64,000 bases of DNA from assembly GCA_041583135.1 (NCBI GenBank), contig JBFHGJ010000001.1, positions 41,337 to 105,336 on the forward strand, read 5' to 3'. Source of the stretch: Alteromonadaceae bacterium. Lineage in GTDB: Bacteria; Pseudomonadota; Gammaproteobacteria; Enterobacterales; Alteromonadaceae. Of this stretch, positions 10,089-18,807 are shown piece by piece. Below the pieces are notes generated by a model, which was not told the DNA's origin, searched no databases, and worked only from the letters and a program-made list of their open reading frames with translations. The position numbers and the translations under genes are program-made. Position 1 is the stretch's first letter; each line of letters starts with the position of its first letter.

Positions 10089-10109
10089 ACTCGGCTGCAC
10101 TTTAGTTCG

Positions 10110-10133
10110 AAAGGCCGCCTTGGCGGCCTTTTC
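10110..10133 (+). terminator. rho-independent terminator after flgE
   Basis: Stem AAGGCCGCC/GGCGGCCTT followed by Ts. Confidence 0.7.
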
Positions 10134-10212
10134 CTTGATAGCCGTCTACCCCTCGTTATATTTTCTCCATTTTTCGTCTTTTTTCTCTACTTTTCCCCGC
10201 GTCAAAATCTTT

Positions 10213-10228
10213 TGGCACTCATATTGCT
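10213..10228 (+). promoter_or_regulatory. sigma54 promoter for flgF-flgJ
   Basis: Near-consensus TGGCAC-TCATA-TTGCT, about 50 nt upstream of the flgF ATG. Confidence 0.7.
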
Positions 10229-10278
10229 TATATCTAGTTATGTTGAATTTATGGTCGAAAGTGTCAAAGAGGTGACCT

Positions 10279-11022
10279 ATGGATCGAATGCTGTATATCG
10301 CTACTAGCGGCGCCACGCAAAACCTAAATGCCATTTCGGTGCGTGCGAACAACTTAGCCAACGTCAAAACCAACGGGTTTAAAGCCGATTTGGAGCAGGC
10401 GCGCTCAATGCAGGCATTCGGCGAAGGCTTACCGACACGAGTGTTTGCCATGACCGAAAGCCCAAGTCAAAACTTTGACGGCGGCGCATTGATGACCACA
10501 GGACGTGATTTGGATATCGCCGTTGAAGGTAATGGTTGGATTGCGGTGCAGGATAAGCAAGGCAACGAAGCTTATACCCGCAAAGGCAATCTTCAGATCA
10601 GCGCCACCGGAATGCTTGAAACCTCAGACGGTCTGATGGTCATGGGCGATGGTGGTCCCATTCAATTGCCCGTTCCGGTTGAAAAAGTACAGATCGGTCG
10701 TGACGGCACCATTACCGTAAAACCTCAAGGTGCGCCACCAGAGGCCCTTGAAGATATCGACCGGATCAAACTGGTAGACCCTGATGGCCCTGAAATAACC
10801 AAAGGCAGCGACGGATTGTTTCGTCGTAAAGATGGTGAACTTGCCGAGGCATCTGCCAATGTGACATTGGTAAAAGGGGCGCTTGAGACCAGCAACGTAA
10901 ATGCCATTGAAGAGATGACCAGCATGATTGGCCTACAACGCCAATTTGAAATGCAGGTCAAGATGATGAAGACCGCCGAAGAGAACGATCAGCATCATAA
11001 TCAAATCTTTAGAATTGTTTAA
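10279..11022 (+). CDS. flgF: flagellar rod protein FlgF
   Basis: MDRMLYIATSGA N-terminus, rod-family termini, gene order. Confidence 0.92.
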   Translation: MDRMLYIATSGATQNLNAISVRANNLANVKTNGFKADLEQARSMQAFGEGLPTRVFAMTESPSQNFDGGALMTTGRDLDIAVEGNGWIAVQDKQGNEAYTRKGNLQISATGMLETSDGLMVMGDGGPIQLPVPVEKVQIGRDGTITVKPQGAPPEALEDIDRIKLVDPDGPEITKGSDGLFRRKDGELAEASANVTLVKGALETSNVNAIEEMTSMIGLQRQFEMQVKMMKTAEENDQHHNQIFRIV

Positions 11023-11040
11023 TTAAGGTGGAGGTGACTT

Positions 11041-11829
11041 ATGCATCCTGCATTATGGATCAGTAAAACGGGCCTCGATGCCCAACAAAGAGACATTTCG
11101 GTGATCTCCAATAACCTGGCCAACGCCAGCACCGTTGGCTTCAAAAAGAGCCGCGCTGTCTTTGAAGACCTGTTATATCAAAACATCAATCAGCCGGGCG
11201 GACGCTCATCAACCGATACCGAACTGCCCAATGGTTTGATGCTTGGCGCCGGTACCAAAGTCGTGGCGACACAAAAGAACTTTTCTCAAGGCAACATGCT
11301 GACGACTGAAAACCCGCTGGATATCATGATCCAAGGTCATGGTTTTTATGAGATTTTGCAACCTGACGGGACCATTGCCTACACTCGCAACGGTCAGTTC
11401 ACCACCAATGACACCGGCCAGCTAGTGACCTCAGGTGCCGGTTTTCAATTACAACCTGCCATTACTATTCCACCGGATGCCCAGCAGGTAACCGTGTCGC
11501 AAGACGGTCAGGTAACGGTTCGATTACGAGGTACTGCCGATAATGTCGCCGTCGGTCAGATCACCGTTTCCAACTTTATCAACCCGGCTGGTCTTGAACC
11601 TATTGGTCAAAACCTGTTTGTTGAAACCGCTGTCAGTGGCGCGCCAGTACAGGGGACACCAGGTCTTGAGGGCTTGGGGACTTTGGTTCAAGGGGCGCTC
11701 GAGACTTCAAACGTCAACGTGACCGAAGAATTGGTTAACTTGATTGAGAGTCAGCGGGTTTATGAAATGAACTCCAAAGTGATCTCATCGGTCGATCAGA
11801 TGCTTGGTACTGCAATTCAGCAGCTATAA
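11041..11829 (+). CDS. flgG: flagellar distal rod protein FlgG
   Basis: ALWISKTGLDAQQ N-terminus, C-terminal LIESQRVYEMNSK, 262 aa. Confidence 0.94.
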   Translation: MHPALWISKTGLDAQQRDISVISNNLANASTVGFKKSRAVFEDLLYQNINQPGGRSSTDTELPNGLMLGAGTKVVATQKNFSQGNMLTTENPLDIMIQGHGFYEILQPDGTIAYTRNGQFTTNDTGQLVTSGAGFQLQPAITIPPDAQQVTVSQDGQVTVRLRGTADNVAVGQITVSNFINPAGLEPIGQNLFVETAVSGAPVQGTPGLEGLGTLVQGALETSNVNVTEELVNLIESQRVYEMNSKVISSVDQMLGTAIQQL

Positions 11830-11846
11830 CGCTTAAGGGGGCTTCG

Positions 11847-12524
11847 ATGAGATATTTAATGCTAGCGGGCTTTTTACTACTGACCGGTTGTGCCAGCACC
11901 AACCAACAGCCACCGGTGCGAGATAGTGCCTATTTTGCTCCGGTTGAGCCGGAACAACCGGATGACATGGTGGTGCCTACCGGTTCTTTGTTTCAAAAAG
12001 TCCAAGCCAACAGCCTTTATTCCGATGCCAAAGCCAGACGCGTCGGCGACATCATTACGGTGAACCTGCAAGAGAACACGTCGGCATCGAAAAAAGCCAA
12101 AAACGAATATGAGAATGACACCTCCAATACCGTCAATCCTATTACCGGCTTTGGTGGCTTACCGCTTAAAATCGGGTCCCAGCCCATTCAGTTTGGTTTA
12201 AGTGCCAACAATGCCTACTCTGGTGATTCCAAGGCCGATCAAAGCAACAGCTTAAACGGCAGTATTTCGGTCAATGTGTTGCGAGTTTACCCCAATGGCA
12301 ACCTGCTTATCCGAGGCGAGAAGTGGATTGATCTCAATACCGGCAGCGAATATATCCGCCTGACCGGCATCATTCGTCAAGAAGACATCGGCTCGGACAA
12401 TACCATCGTTTCCACCAAAGTGGCCAATGCTCGAATCGAATATAGTGGTACCGGTGCCTTCCACAAAGGACAGCAGCCGGGTTGGTTATCAAAATTCTTC
12501 GCCAGCGACTGGTGGCCTTTCTAG
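11847..12524 (+). CDS. flgH: flagellar L-ring lipoprotein FlgH
   Basis: Lipobox LLTGCAS, FlgH size and gene order. Confidence 0.92.
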   Translation: MRYLMLAGFLLLTGCASTNQQPPVRDSAYFAPVEPEQPDDMVVPTGSLFQKVQANSLYSDAKARRVGDIITVNLQENTSASKKAKNEYENDTSNTVNPITGFGGLPLKIGSQPIQFGLSANNAYSGDSKADQSNSLNGSISVNVLRVYPNGNLLIRGEKWIDLNTGSEYIRLTGIIRQEDIGSDNTIVSTKVANARIEYSGTGAFHKGQQPGWLSKFFASDWWPF

Positions 12525-12553
12525 GCCCATAAGCAAATTCAGGAGAAGCGACC

Positions 12554-13666
12554 ATGTTTAGAAGTATTGCCAAAGTAACCCTGCTGTTGAGCCTGGCATT
12601 TATTGCCAGCGCCCAAGCAGTCAGGGTCAAAGATGTCGCCGATATCGAAGGCGTTCGCTCAAATCAGCTGGTAGGTTATGGCTTGGTCGTGGGTCTGCCC
12701 GGTACGGGTGAAAGTACGCCCTTTACCGAACAAAGCTTTAAAGCGATGTTAAGTAATTTTGGTATCACCATGCCAGCCGGCATAAAGCCAAAAATAAAGA
12801 ATGTGGCCGCTGTTGCCGTTCATGCCGATTTGCCCGCATTCACTAAACCGGGTCAGCGCATTGATGTGACCGTTTCTTCAATCGGCAGTGCCAATTCACT
12901 CAAAGGCGGCACCTTGTTGCAGACCTTTATGAAGGGCATCGATGGTGAAGTCTACGCCATTGCGCAAGGGAGCCTTGTGGTTAGCGGCTTGGGGGCAGAA
13001 GGTTTAGATGGCTCTAGAGTGATCATCAACACACCAACCGTTGGACGCATTGCCAATGGTGGTATCGTTGAACGTGCCATCGTCAGCCCGTTTAGCCAAG
13101 GCGACTATATTACTTTTAACCTGCGTAGCCCTGATTTTACCACTGCCAAAACGTTGGCGGACACCATCAATAAGATGTTTGGCGGCAGTGTCGATTCTCA
13201 CGTGGCAACACCATTTGATGCCGCTTCAGTTAGAGTTACGGCACCAAGAGATATTTCCAAGCGTATTGCCTACATGTCGATATTGGAAAACCTTGAATTC
13301 AAACCCGCCGATGCGGCAGCGAAAATTGTCGTCAACTCGCGTACCGGCACCATTGTGGTTGGACAAAACGTCAAATTATTGCCGGCGGCAGTTACTCACG
13401 GCAGCCTGACGGTGACGATTGTTGAGAATAAGCAGGTATCGCAGCCGGGGGCGTTTGCCGATGGCGGTCAGACTACCGTCACACCGCGTTCGATTTTAGA
13501 TGTCTCGGAAGAAGACTCAAGAATGTTTGTGTTCGAGCCGGGCACCAGCTTGAATGACCTCGTTCGTGCGGTCAATGAAGTCGGCGCCGCGCCGGGAGAT
13601 TTGATGGCGATTTTAGAAGCCCTTAAAGAAGCCGGTGCCATTCACGGCGAACTGATTGTGATTTAG
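12554..13666 (+). CDS. flgI: flagellar P-ring protein FlgI
   Basis: Signal peptide, [12 protein letters not shown] motif, 370 aa. Confidence 0.94.
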   Translation: MFRSIAKVTLLLSLAFIASAQAVRVKDVADIEGVRSNQLVGYGLVVGLPGTGESTPFTEQSFKAMLSNFGITMPAGIKPKIKNVAAVAVHADLPAFTKPGQRIDVTVSSIGSANSLKGGTLLQTFMKGIDGEVYAIAQGSLVVSGLGAEGLDGSRVIINTPTVGRIANGGIVERAIVSPFSQGDYITFNLRSPDFTTAKTLADTINKMFGGSVDSHVATPFDAASVRVTAPRDISKRIAYMSILENLEFKPADAAAKIVVNSRTGTIVVGQNVKLLPAAVTHGSLTVTIVENKQVSQPGAFADGGQTTVTPRSILDVSEEDSRMFVFEPGTSLNDLVRAVNEVGAAPGDLMAILEALKEAGAIHGELIVI

Positions 13667-13676
13667 GGGAAAGGCG

Positions 13677-14606
13677 ATGGATAAGTTATCGGCAGCTAAA
13701 GATAGCGCATACTACGACTTTGCCGCGTTAGACGAGCTGCGTTCGGCCAAACCGGATGACCAGAGCGCCTTGAAGGCGGCAGCCAAACAGTTTGAGTCGA
13801 TTTTCACTCAAATGTTGCTCACCAGTATGCGTAAAGCCAGTGAAGTGCTTGAATCCGATAGCCCTTTCAATAGCCAATCCACTAAGTTTTATCGCGATAT
13901 GCACGATAAGCAAATGGTCAGCAATATCGCCGAAACCGGTGGTTTGGGCTTGGCCGATATGATTGTCGAGCAGCTAAGCGGCAATAATCCAAACTTTACA
14001 CCGGCCTCTGTATTGCGCCCTGACTCTGGGTTAGATGGTATGGGCCGAGTGTACAAAGCCCAAACATCTGGCCAAGATAAAGCACGAGCAAGCAATGAGG
14101 CGAGCGAAGCTACGGCTGAAAAAAGCGCGATGTTTGACTCACCTGAAAGCTTTGTCAAATCGCTGTTGCCAGTGGCACAAAAAGTGCTTCAAAACTCTCC
14201 GTTATCACCAGTGATGGTGGTGGCACAAGCGGCACTCGAAACCGGTTGGGGCAAAAAGGTCATCAATAAAGGTGATGGCTCTAGCAGCTTCAACCTGTTT
14301 GGTATCAAAGCCGATGAACGCTGGCAAGGTGACAAGGCCAAAGTACAAACCGTTGAGTTTCGCGATGGTGTGGCACGTAAAGAGAATGCTTTTTTCCGCG
14401 CCTATCATTCGTTGGAGCAGGGTCTTAAAGATTATGTCGATTTCATTTCAAGCAATGAGCGCTATTCGCAGGCGGTAGAAAATGCACAAGACCCACAACA
14501 GTATTTCAAATCCTTGCAATCGGCAGGTTACGCCACAGACCCACAATATGCCGATAAAGTGCTGAATATTTTGAACAGCGGTGTGTTTGAGCAGATTAAA
14601 GAGTAG
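13677..14606 (+). CDS. flgJ: flagellar rod assembly protein and peptidoglycan hydrolase FlgJ
   Basis: N-terminal rod-binding region (AAKQFESIFTQMLL) and a C-terminal glucosaminidase-like region (AQAALETGWGK). Confidence 0.9.
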   Translation: MDKLSAAKDSAYYDFAALDELRSAKPDDQSALKAAAKQFESIFTQMLLTSMRKASEVLESDSPFNSQSTKFYRDMHDKQMVSNIAETGGLGLADMIVEQLSGNNPNFTPASVLRPDSGLDGMGRVYKAQTSGQDKARASNEASEATAEKSAMFDSPESFVKSLLPVAQKVLQNSPLSPVMVVAQAALETGWGKKVINKGDGSSSFNLFGIKADERWQGDKAKVQTVEFRDGVARKENAFFRAYHSLEQGLKDYVDFISSNERYSQAVENAQDPQQYFKSLQSAGYATDPQYADKVLNILNSGVFEQIKE

Positions 14607-14623
14607 AATAATGTTGCCGATAA
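14597..14623 (+). promoter_or_regulatory. sigma28 promoter for flgKL, overlapping the flgJ 3' end
   Basis: TAAAGAGT-N11-GCCGATAA, about 45 nt upstream of the flgK ATG. Confidence 0.6.
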
Positions 14624-14665
14624 CCCTTAAGCGTACGCGCTCAATTTTGAATTTCGGAGGTTTCC

Positions 14666-16696
14666 ATGGCTGATATGCTGTCGATAGGCACCTCCGGTGT
14701 ACTGACCAGCTCATTGCTGCTCGAAACCGCCGGTAACAACATTGCCAACGTCAATACACCAAGCTTCGCCCAAGAGCGTGTTGAACTTGGTGCGTCTGAG
14801 CATGGTGGTGTCGGCAGACGTGATGTCGAGCGTGCCGTGAGTGAGTTTTCTTTAAGGCAGATGCGCCGTGATACCTCCAATTACACCTTTTATGAGCAAT
14901 ACGTCAATGAAGCAGAGCGCGTCGATACGCTTTTTGCCGGTACGGCAAACAGTATTGCCACCGCGATGGACGGATTTTTTCAGCGTATTCAAAGCGCCTC
15001 AGACGACCCGTCATCGATTGCCTCACGCCAATTGGTGATCAGTGAAGCCGAAGGCATGCTCGGTACGTTCAATACCTTGAACTCATTGGTGCTCGACCAA
15101 AGTACCACTGTAAATGAGCAGCTTGAGATCTTCACCGATGAAGTCAACAATCTGATCCAAAATATCGCTGCGATGAACAAAAACATCACCGGTCTGGGCG
15201 TCGCAAACTCTGCCAGTAATCCCAATGCCTTGATGAACGAACGTGATGAATCCCTTAGACAACTTGCCGAACTGGTAGAGATCAATACCCTAGATGGTAA
15301 AGACGGTGAAAAGCTGGTGTTCTTAAATACCGGTCAAGCCTTGGTGTTAAAGCAGGGGGATTTTAACCTAGTGACACTCAATGGCGATCCTGATCCGCTG
15401 CGTAAAGAGTTGCAACTCAACCTCAGTACCAACAACAACTTGGTCGTGCCGATGGAAGCCAACAAAGTCGGCGGCAAAATCGGTGGCTTGTTGACGTTTC
15501 GCGAAGAAGTACTGGAGCCGACGCAAAATAAACTTGGACAGGTTGCCTTAGCCTTAACCGATGCCTTTAACCAACAAAATCGCCTTGGAATGGACGCCGA
15601 TGGCCAATTGGGCGGCGATTTATTCAAATTGCCGGACTTCGGTGGCAGTGCCTATCTTGCCAATACCGGCACAGGTAGTGTGGTGGCACGAGTGGAACCG
15701 GGTAAAGGCCCTGAGCTGACTTCATCGGATATCTTGGTCACCTATACCGGTGGTTCGGTGACCATTGAACCATTGGATGAAGACGGCAACGTGCTTGAAA
15801 CCATTACTCAAGCGGTCGCTTTGCCGACCACGCTCAATTCGACCAATGTTGCAGGTGGTACGCTTTACGGTTTGGAAATCGATTTGGCCGCAGGTATGAA
15901 TGCCGGCGATAAGTTTTTGATCAAGCCAACGGCCAATGCGGCCAGTTCGATAGAAATGCTCTCAACTCGTCCCGAGGATATCGCGTTGGCGTCACCTATT
16001 CGTACAGAGGCGAATCTGACCAATAGTGGCACTTCGACGATCAGCGCCGGCACGGTATTTAATACCGATATTGCCACGTCGAACTTTACTGCCGTCGGCA
16101 GTACCAACAGTTTGGCGGTCAATCCGTTGTATATCAGATACACCAATAACAATGAATTCTCTTTTTATAATGTCGATCCTATTGCCAACCCGGCGGCGGT
16201 TGCGATTGGTACTTCGACATTTGCGACACCGCCGTTTAACGATGTGATGCGTAACTCCGCCGCGATGGCCAACTTCGGCTATGATTTTAATATCAGTGGT
16301 ACGCCGCAAGTGGGTGATGTTTTTACCGTACAATTTAACACCGGTGGTTTCCAAGATAACCGTAATGGTCTTGCCTTGGCACAAATGCAAAACCAAGATT
16401 TGATGAGAAAAAATGTAGTTTCCAGTTCTGCGGCCGATAATACATTAACGTTCCATGAAGCTTATGCCCGAATTGTGTCTCAAGTCGGGGAAAGAACGGC
16501 CAAAGCCAGAACCAATGAAACCGCATTTGATGCGCTGCTCGATCAATCATTTGGCTGGTATCAATCGATTTCCGGTGTTAATCTGGATGAAGAGGCCGCC
16601 AAGCTGGTTAAGTTTCAACAGGCATACAGTGCTTCGGCACGAGTGATTTCAGTCGCACAACAAACCTTTGATGTGCTGCTAAGCTCAGTTAGGTAA
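14666..16696 (+). CDS. flgK: hook-filament junction protein FlgK
   Basis: 676 aa, N-terminal LSIGTSGV...NNIANVNT, C-terminal LVKFQQAYSASARV. Confidence 0.92.
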   Translation: MADMLSIGTSGVLTSSLLLETAGNNIANVNTPSFAQERVELGASEHGGVGRRDVERAVSEFSLRQMRRDTSNYTFYEQYVNEAERVDTLFAGTANSIATAMDGFFQRIQSASDDPSSIASRQLVISEAEGMLGTFNTLNSLVLDQSTTVNEQLEIFTDEVNNLIQNIAAMNKNITGLGVANSASNPNALMNERDESLRQLAELVEINTLDGKDGEKLVFLNTGQALVLKQGDFNLVTLNGDPDPLRKELQLNLSTNNNLVVPMEANKVGGKIGGLLTFREEVLEPTQNKLGQVALALTDAFNQQNRLGMDADGQLGGDLFKLPDFGGSAYLANTGTGSVVARVEPGKGPELTSSDILVTYTGGSVTIEPLDEDGNVLETITQAVALPTTLNSTNVAGGTLYGLEIDLAAGMNAGDKFLIKPTANAASSIEMLSTRPEDIALASPIRTEANLTNSGTSTISAGTVFNTDIATSNFTAVGSTNSLAVNPLYIRYTNNNEFSFYNVDPIANPAAVAIGTSTFATPPFNDVMRNSAAMANFGYDFNISGTPQVGDVFTVQFNTGGFQDNRNGLALAQMQNQDLMRKNVVSSSAADNTLTFHEAYARIVSQVGERTAKARTNETAFDALLDQSFGWYQSISGVNLDEEAAKLVKFQQAYSASARVISVAQQTFDVLLSSVR

Positions 16697-16801
16697 TGGC
16701 GCCGTCAACTGACGGCCCGACCGGTTCGGAGCGCAGGGAAACCGTCGTCAATGATAGATGTTTGCGGCTCGAAGCGAGTTAGTTTTTAGAGGTGATAAGG
16801 T

Positions 16802-18022
16802 ATGCGGTTATCTACCAACCAAATTTACAACAATGGTGTCGAGAGTATTCTTGACTCCCAAGAGCGTCTGACCAGAGCCCAAGATAAGATCACCAATCAA
16901 ACCCGTCTTTTAACGCCCTCGGACGACCCGGCGGCGACTGCTCAGGTGATGCGCCTGAATGAAAAAATCGAATTAAGTTCTCAGTACGAAACCAACGGTA
17001 CGGTATTGGAAAACCGTCTCAATGCCGAAGAAGTGGCGCTTAATGCGCTCAAATCATCGATGGACCGCGTCAAAGTGTTGGCCATACAAGCCGGTAGCGG
17101 CTCTTTGTCTGATGCCGATAGAAACAGCATCGCCTTTGAGCTTGAGAGTGTCAAAGGTGAAATGTTTGATCTAATGAACACCAAAGATGCCAACGGTGAC
17201 TATATCTTTGCTGGTTTCCAGTCGAATGTACAACCGTTCGAATTCAATCCGACCACCAAAAAATATGACTATAAGGGCGATGAAGGCGAGCTTAGGCTAC
17301 AGGTGTCTACCTCGGTGACTTTGTCGTCTAATGATAATGGTAAAAAGTTGTTCGAGAATGTCGATAGCCGTTTGCGGGTGGATGATGTCACCAGCACTGC
17401 CGGCGTGCCCGGCAGCTTTGTCACCGTAGAGAACCAAAACGTCTTCGATAACTTTCACAATGCCAATTATGACACGACGACGCTTGCCAACAATACCTTC
17501 AATGTTACGGTCAGTGCGCCGAATAGTTATAGCATTACGAATGCAGGTACTGGGGCGGCGGTCGTGGCCGGTACTTATGCACTGTCAGACGGCATTGACT
17601 TTAATGGTCTTAAAATAAAGCCAGGTGGTACTGCCGGCACAGTCAGTTTTACCTTATCGCCACCTGAGAAAAAGAATATTCTCACTACTTTAGAAGAATT
17701 GACGACAGCGCTTAAAACCCCTGGCGGGTTTACACCAGATATGAGTGAGTCGATAAAAGATGCCATGGTGCAGACTGACAATGCGAAAAATCAGGTGCAT
17801 TTGGTGCAGTCTTCTTTGGGCGGCCGTCTTAATGTGGTCAGTCGCATCATGTCGTCAAATGTTGAGATCAATCACGCCAACCAAAAAACGCGTTCTGATC
17901 TGGCCGAAGTCGATTACGCTGAAGCGGTAACCGAACTGATGAAAGAAGAGTCTGCTCTTGAAGCTGCACAGGCAACTTTTAGTCGAGTGAGCAGATTGAG
18001 TCTGTTTGACTACATTTCTTAA
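16802..18022 (+). CDS. flgL: hook-filament junction protein FlgL
   Basis: MRLSTNQIYNNG N-terminus, flagellin-like termini, position after flgK. Confidence 0.9.
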   Translation: MRLSTNQIYNNGVESILDSQERLTRAQDKITNQTRLLTPSDDPAATAQVMRLNEKIELSSQYETNGTVLENRLNAEEVALNALKSSMDRVKVLAIQAGSGSLSDADRNSIAFELESVKGEMFDLMNTKDANGDYIFAGFQSNVQPFEFNPTTKKYDYKGDEGELRLQVSTSVTLSSNDNGKKLFENVDSRLRVDDVTSTAGVPGSFVTVENQNVFDNFHNANYDTTTLANNTFNVTVSAPNSYSITNAGTGAAVVAGTYALSDGIDFNGLKIKPGGTAGTVSFTLSPPEKKNILTTLEELTTALKTPGGFTPDMSESIKDAMVQTDNAKNQVHLVQSSLGGRLNVVSRIMSSNVEINHANQKTRSDLAEVDYAEAVTELMKEESALEAAQATFSRVSRLSLFDYIS

Positions 18023-18042
18023 ACCCAATTTTTAAGATAAAC

Positions 18043-18072
18043 AAAAAAGCGGCATTTATTTGCCGCTTTTTT
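18043..18072 (+). terminator. rho-independent terminator after flgL
   Basis: Stem GCGGCA/TGCCGC flanked by A6 upstream and T6 downstream. Confidence 0.8.
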
Positions 18073-18156
18073 GTTAACCAAATGTTTCATTGAATGTTAA
18101 TGAAATTGCCTCATTTTTCCGCGTCAAAAAAATTTAAAAAAAGTGGCAAAAAATCC

Positions 18157-18183
18157 TAAAGTTTCGGCAAATGCTGCCGATAA
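18157..18183 (+). promoter_or_regulatory. sigma28 promoter P1, about 620 nt upstream of flagellin 1
   Basis: Perfect TAAAGTTT-N11-GCCGATAA preceded by an A-tract. Confidence 0.75.
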
Positions 18184-18247
18184 ATAATTACGGCAAAATC
18201 TATAAACTCACACTTTTTGCCGCTTCAGACAAAAAATCAAATAAAAC

Positions 18248-18269
18248 GGCAATTTTTGCCACTTTTTTT
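18248..18269 (+). terminator. weak terminator-like hairpin with a T7 tract
   Basis: GGCAA-ttt-TTGCC followed by ACTTTTTTT. The stem is short, so this is tentative. Confidence 0.35.
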
Positions 18270-18270
18270 C

Positions 18271-18297
18271 TAAAGTCTCACCCTTTGTTGCCGATAT
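18271..18297 (+). promoter_or_regulatory. sigma28 promoter P2, about 510 nt upstream of flagellin 1
   Basis: TAAAGTCT-N11-GCCGATAT. Confidence 0.65.
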
Positions 18298-18717
18298 CCT
18301 AGATAGCTTAATAGAAGCTTTATCCTAGAGTCCTATATTTCGGTTCTTAAAAGCACAAATTAAGCGTCAGGTAAGAGAGTTATGGACAGGGTAATTAGCG
18401 CCTTTATGGCGATAATCACTCAGCGATGTGGTAGTGAGGCTAGCTCATTATCACAGCACGGTGATGAGGTATGGCTTCCACAGGGCGATATCGAGTCTGT
18501 GATTTTGACGGTTGCACTTCCACAAGAGTGTGATCGTTAAGATCAAATGGTGCAACGACAGAGCTTCCACAGGGCTTTGTTAATCGGTCAGGAGTGAAGG
18601 CTAGGCTTAAATGCTTGGTTATTAATGGAGTGATCGCAGCAATGCTGTGTACACAGGGCCTGATTAATGTGTTGCGCACATATTACGTGTCTACGCTTTG
18701 GATGTTTGTTGATTGCC

Positions 18718-18744
18718 TGGTGCTTGTGCCGCTATTGCCGATAA
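18718..18744 (+). promoter_or_regulatory. candidate proximal promoter of flagellin 1 (sigma28 -10, overlapping a sigma54-like GG-N10-GC)
   Basis: Perfect GCCGATAA at 18737-18744 but a poor -35 (TGGTGCTT). The same stretch, TGGTGC-TTGTG-CCGCT, also fits GG-N10-GC. The call is ambiguous. Confidence 0.3.
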
Positions 18745-18807
18745 GTTCTCAGGTTAATGCCCTGTTGTTGTTTGACAGGGTAAACCAATAGCATGGGAGA
18801 TAAAATC

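Noticed and set aside
18382-18791. Small ORFs lie in the flagellin 1 leader: 53 codons at 18382-18543, plus the track ORFs 18440-18679 (minus strand) and 18594-18791 (plus strand).
   Set aside because: Ribosome-binding sites are poor or absent, and the ORFs overlap one another in a region dominated by repeated ACAGGG motifs and palindromes. I treat the region as leader RNA. The 53-codon ORF is flagged for ribosome profiling in the relevant finding.
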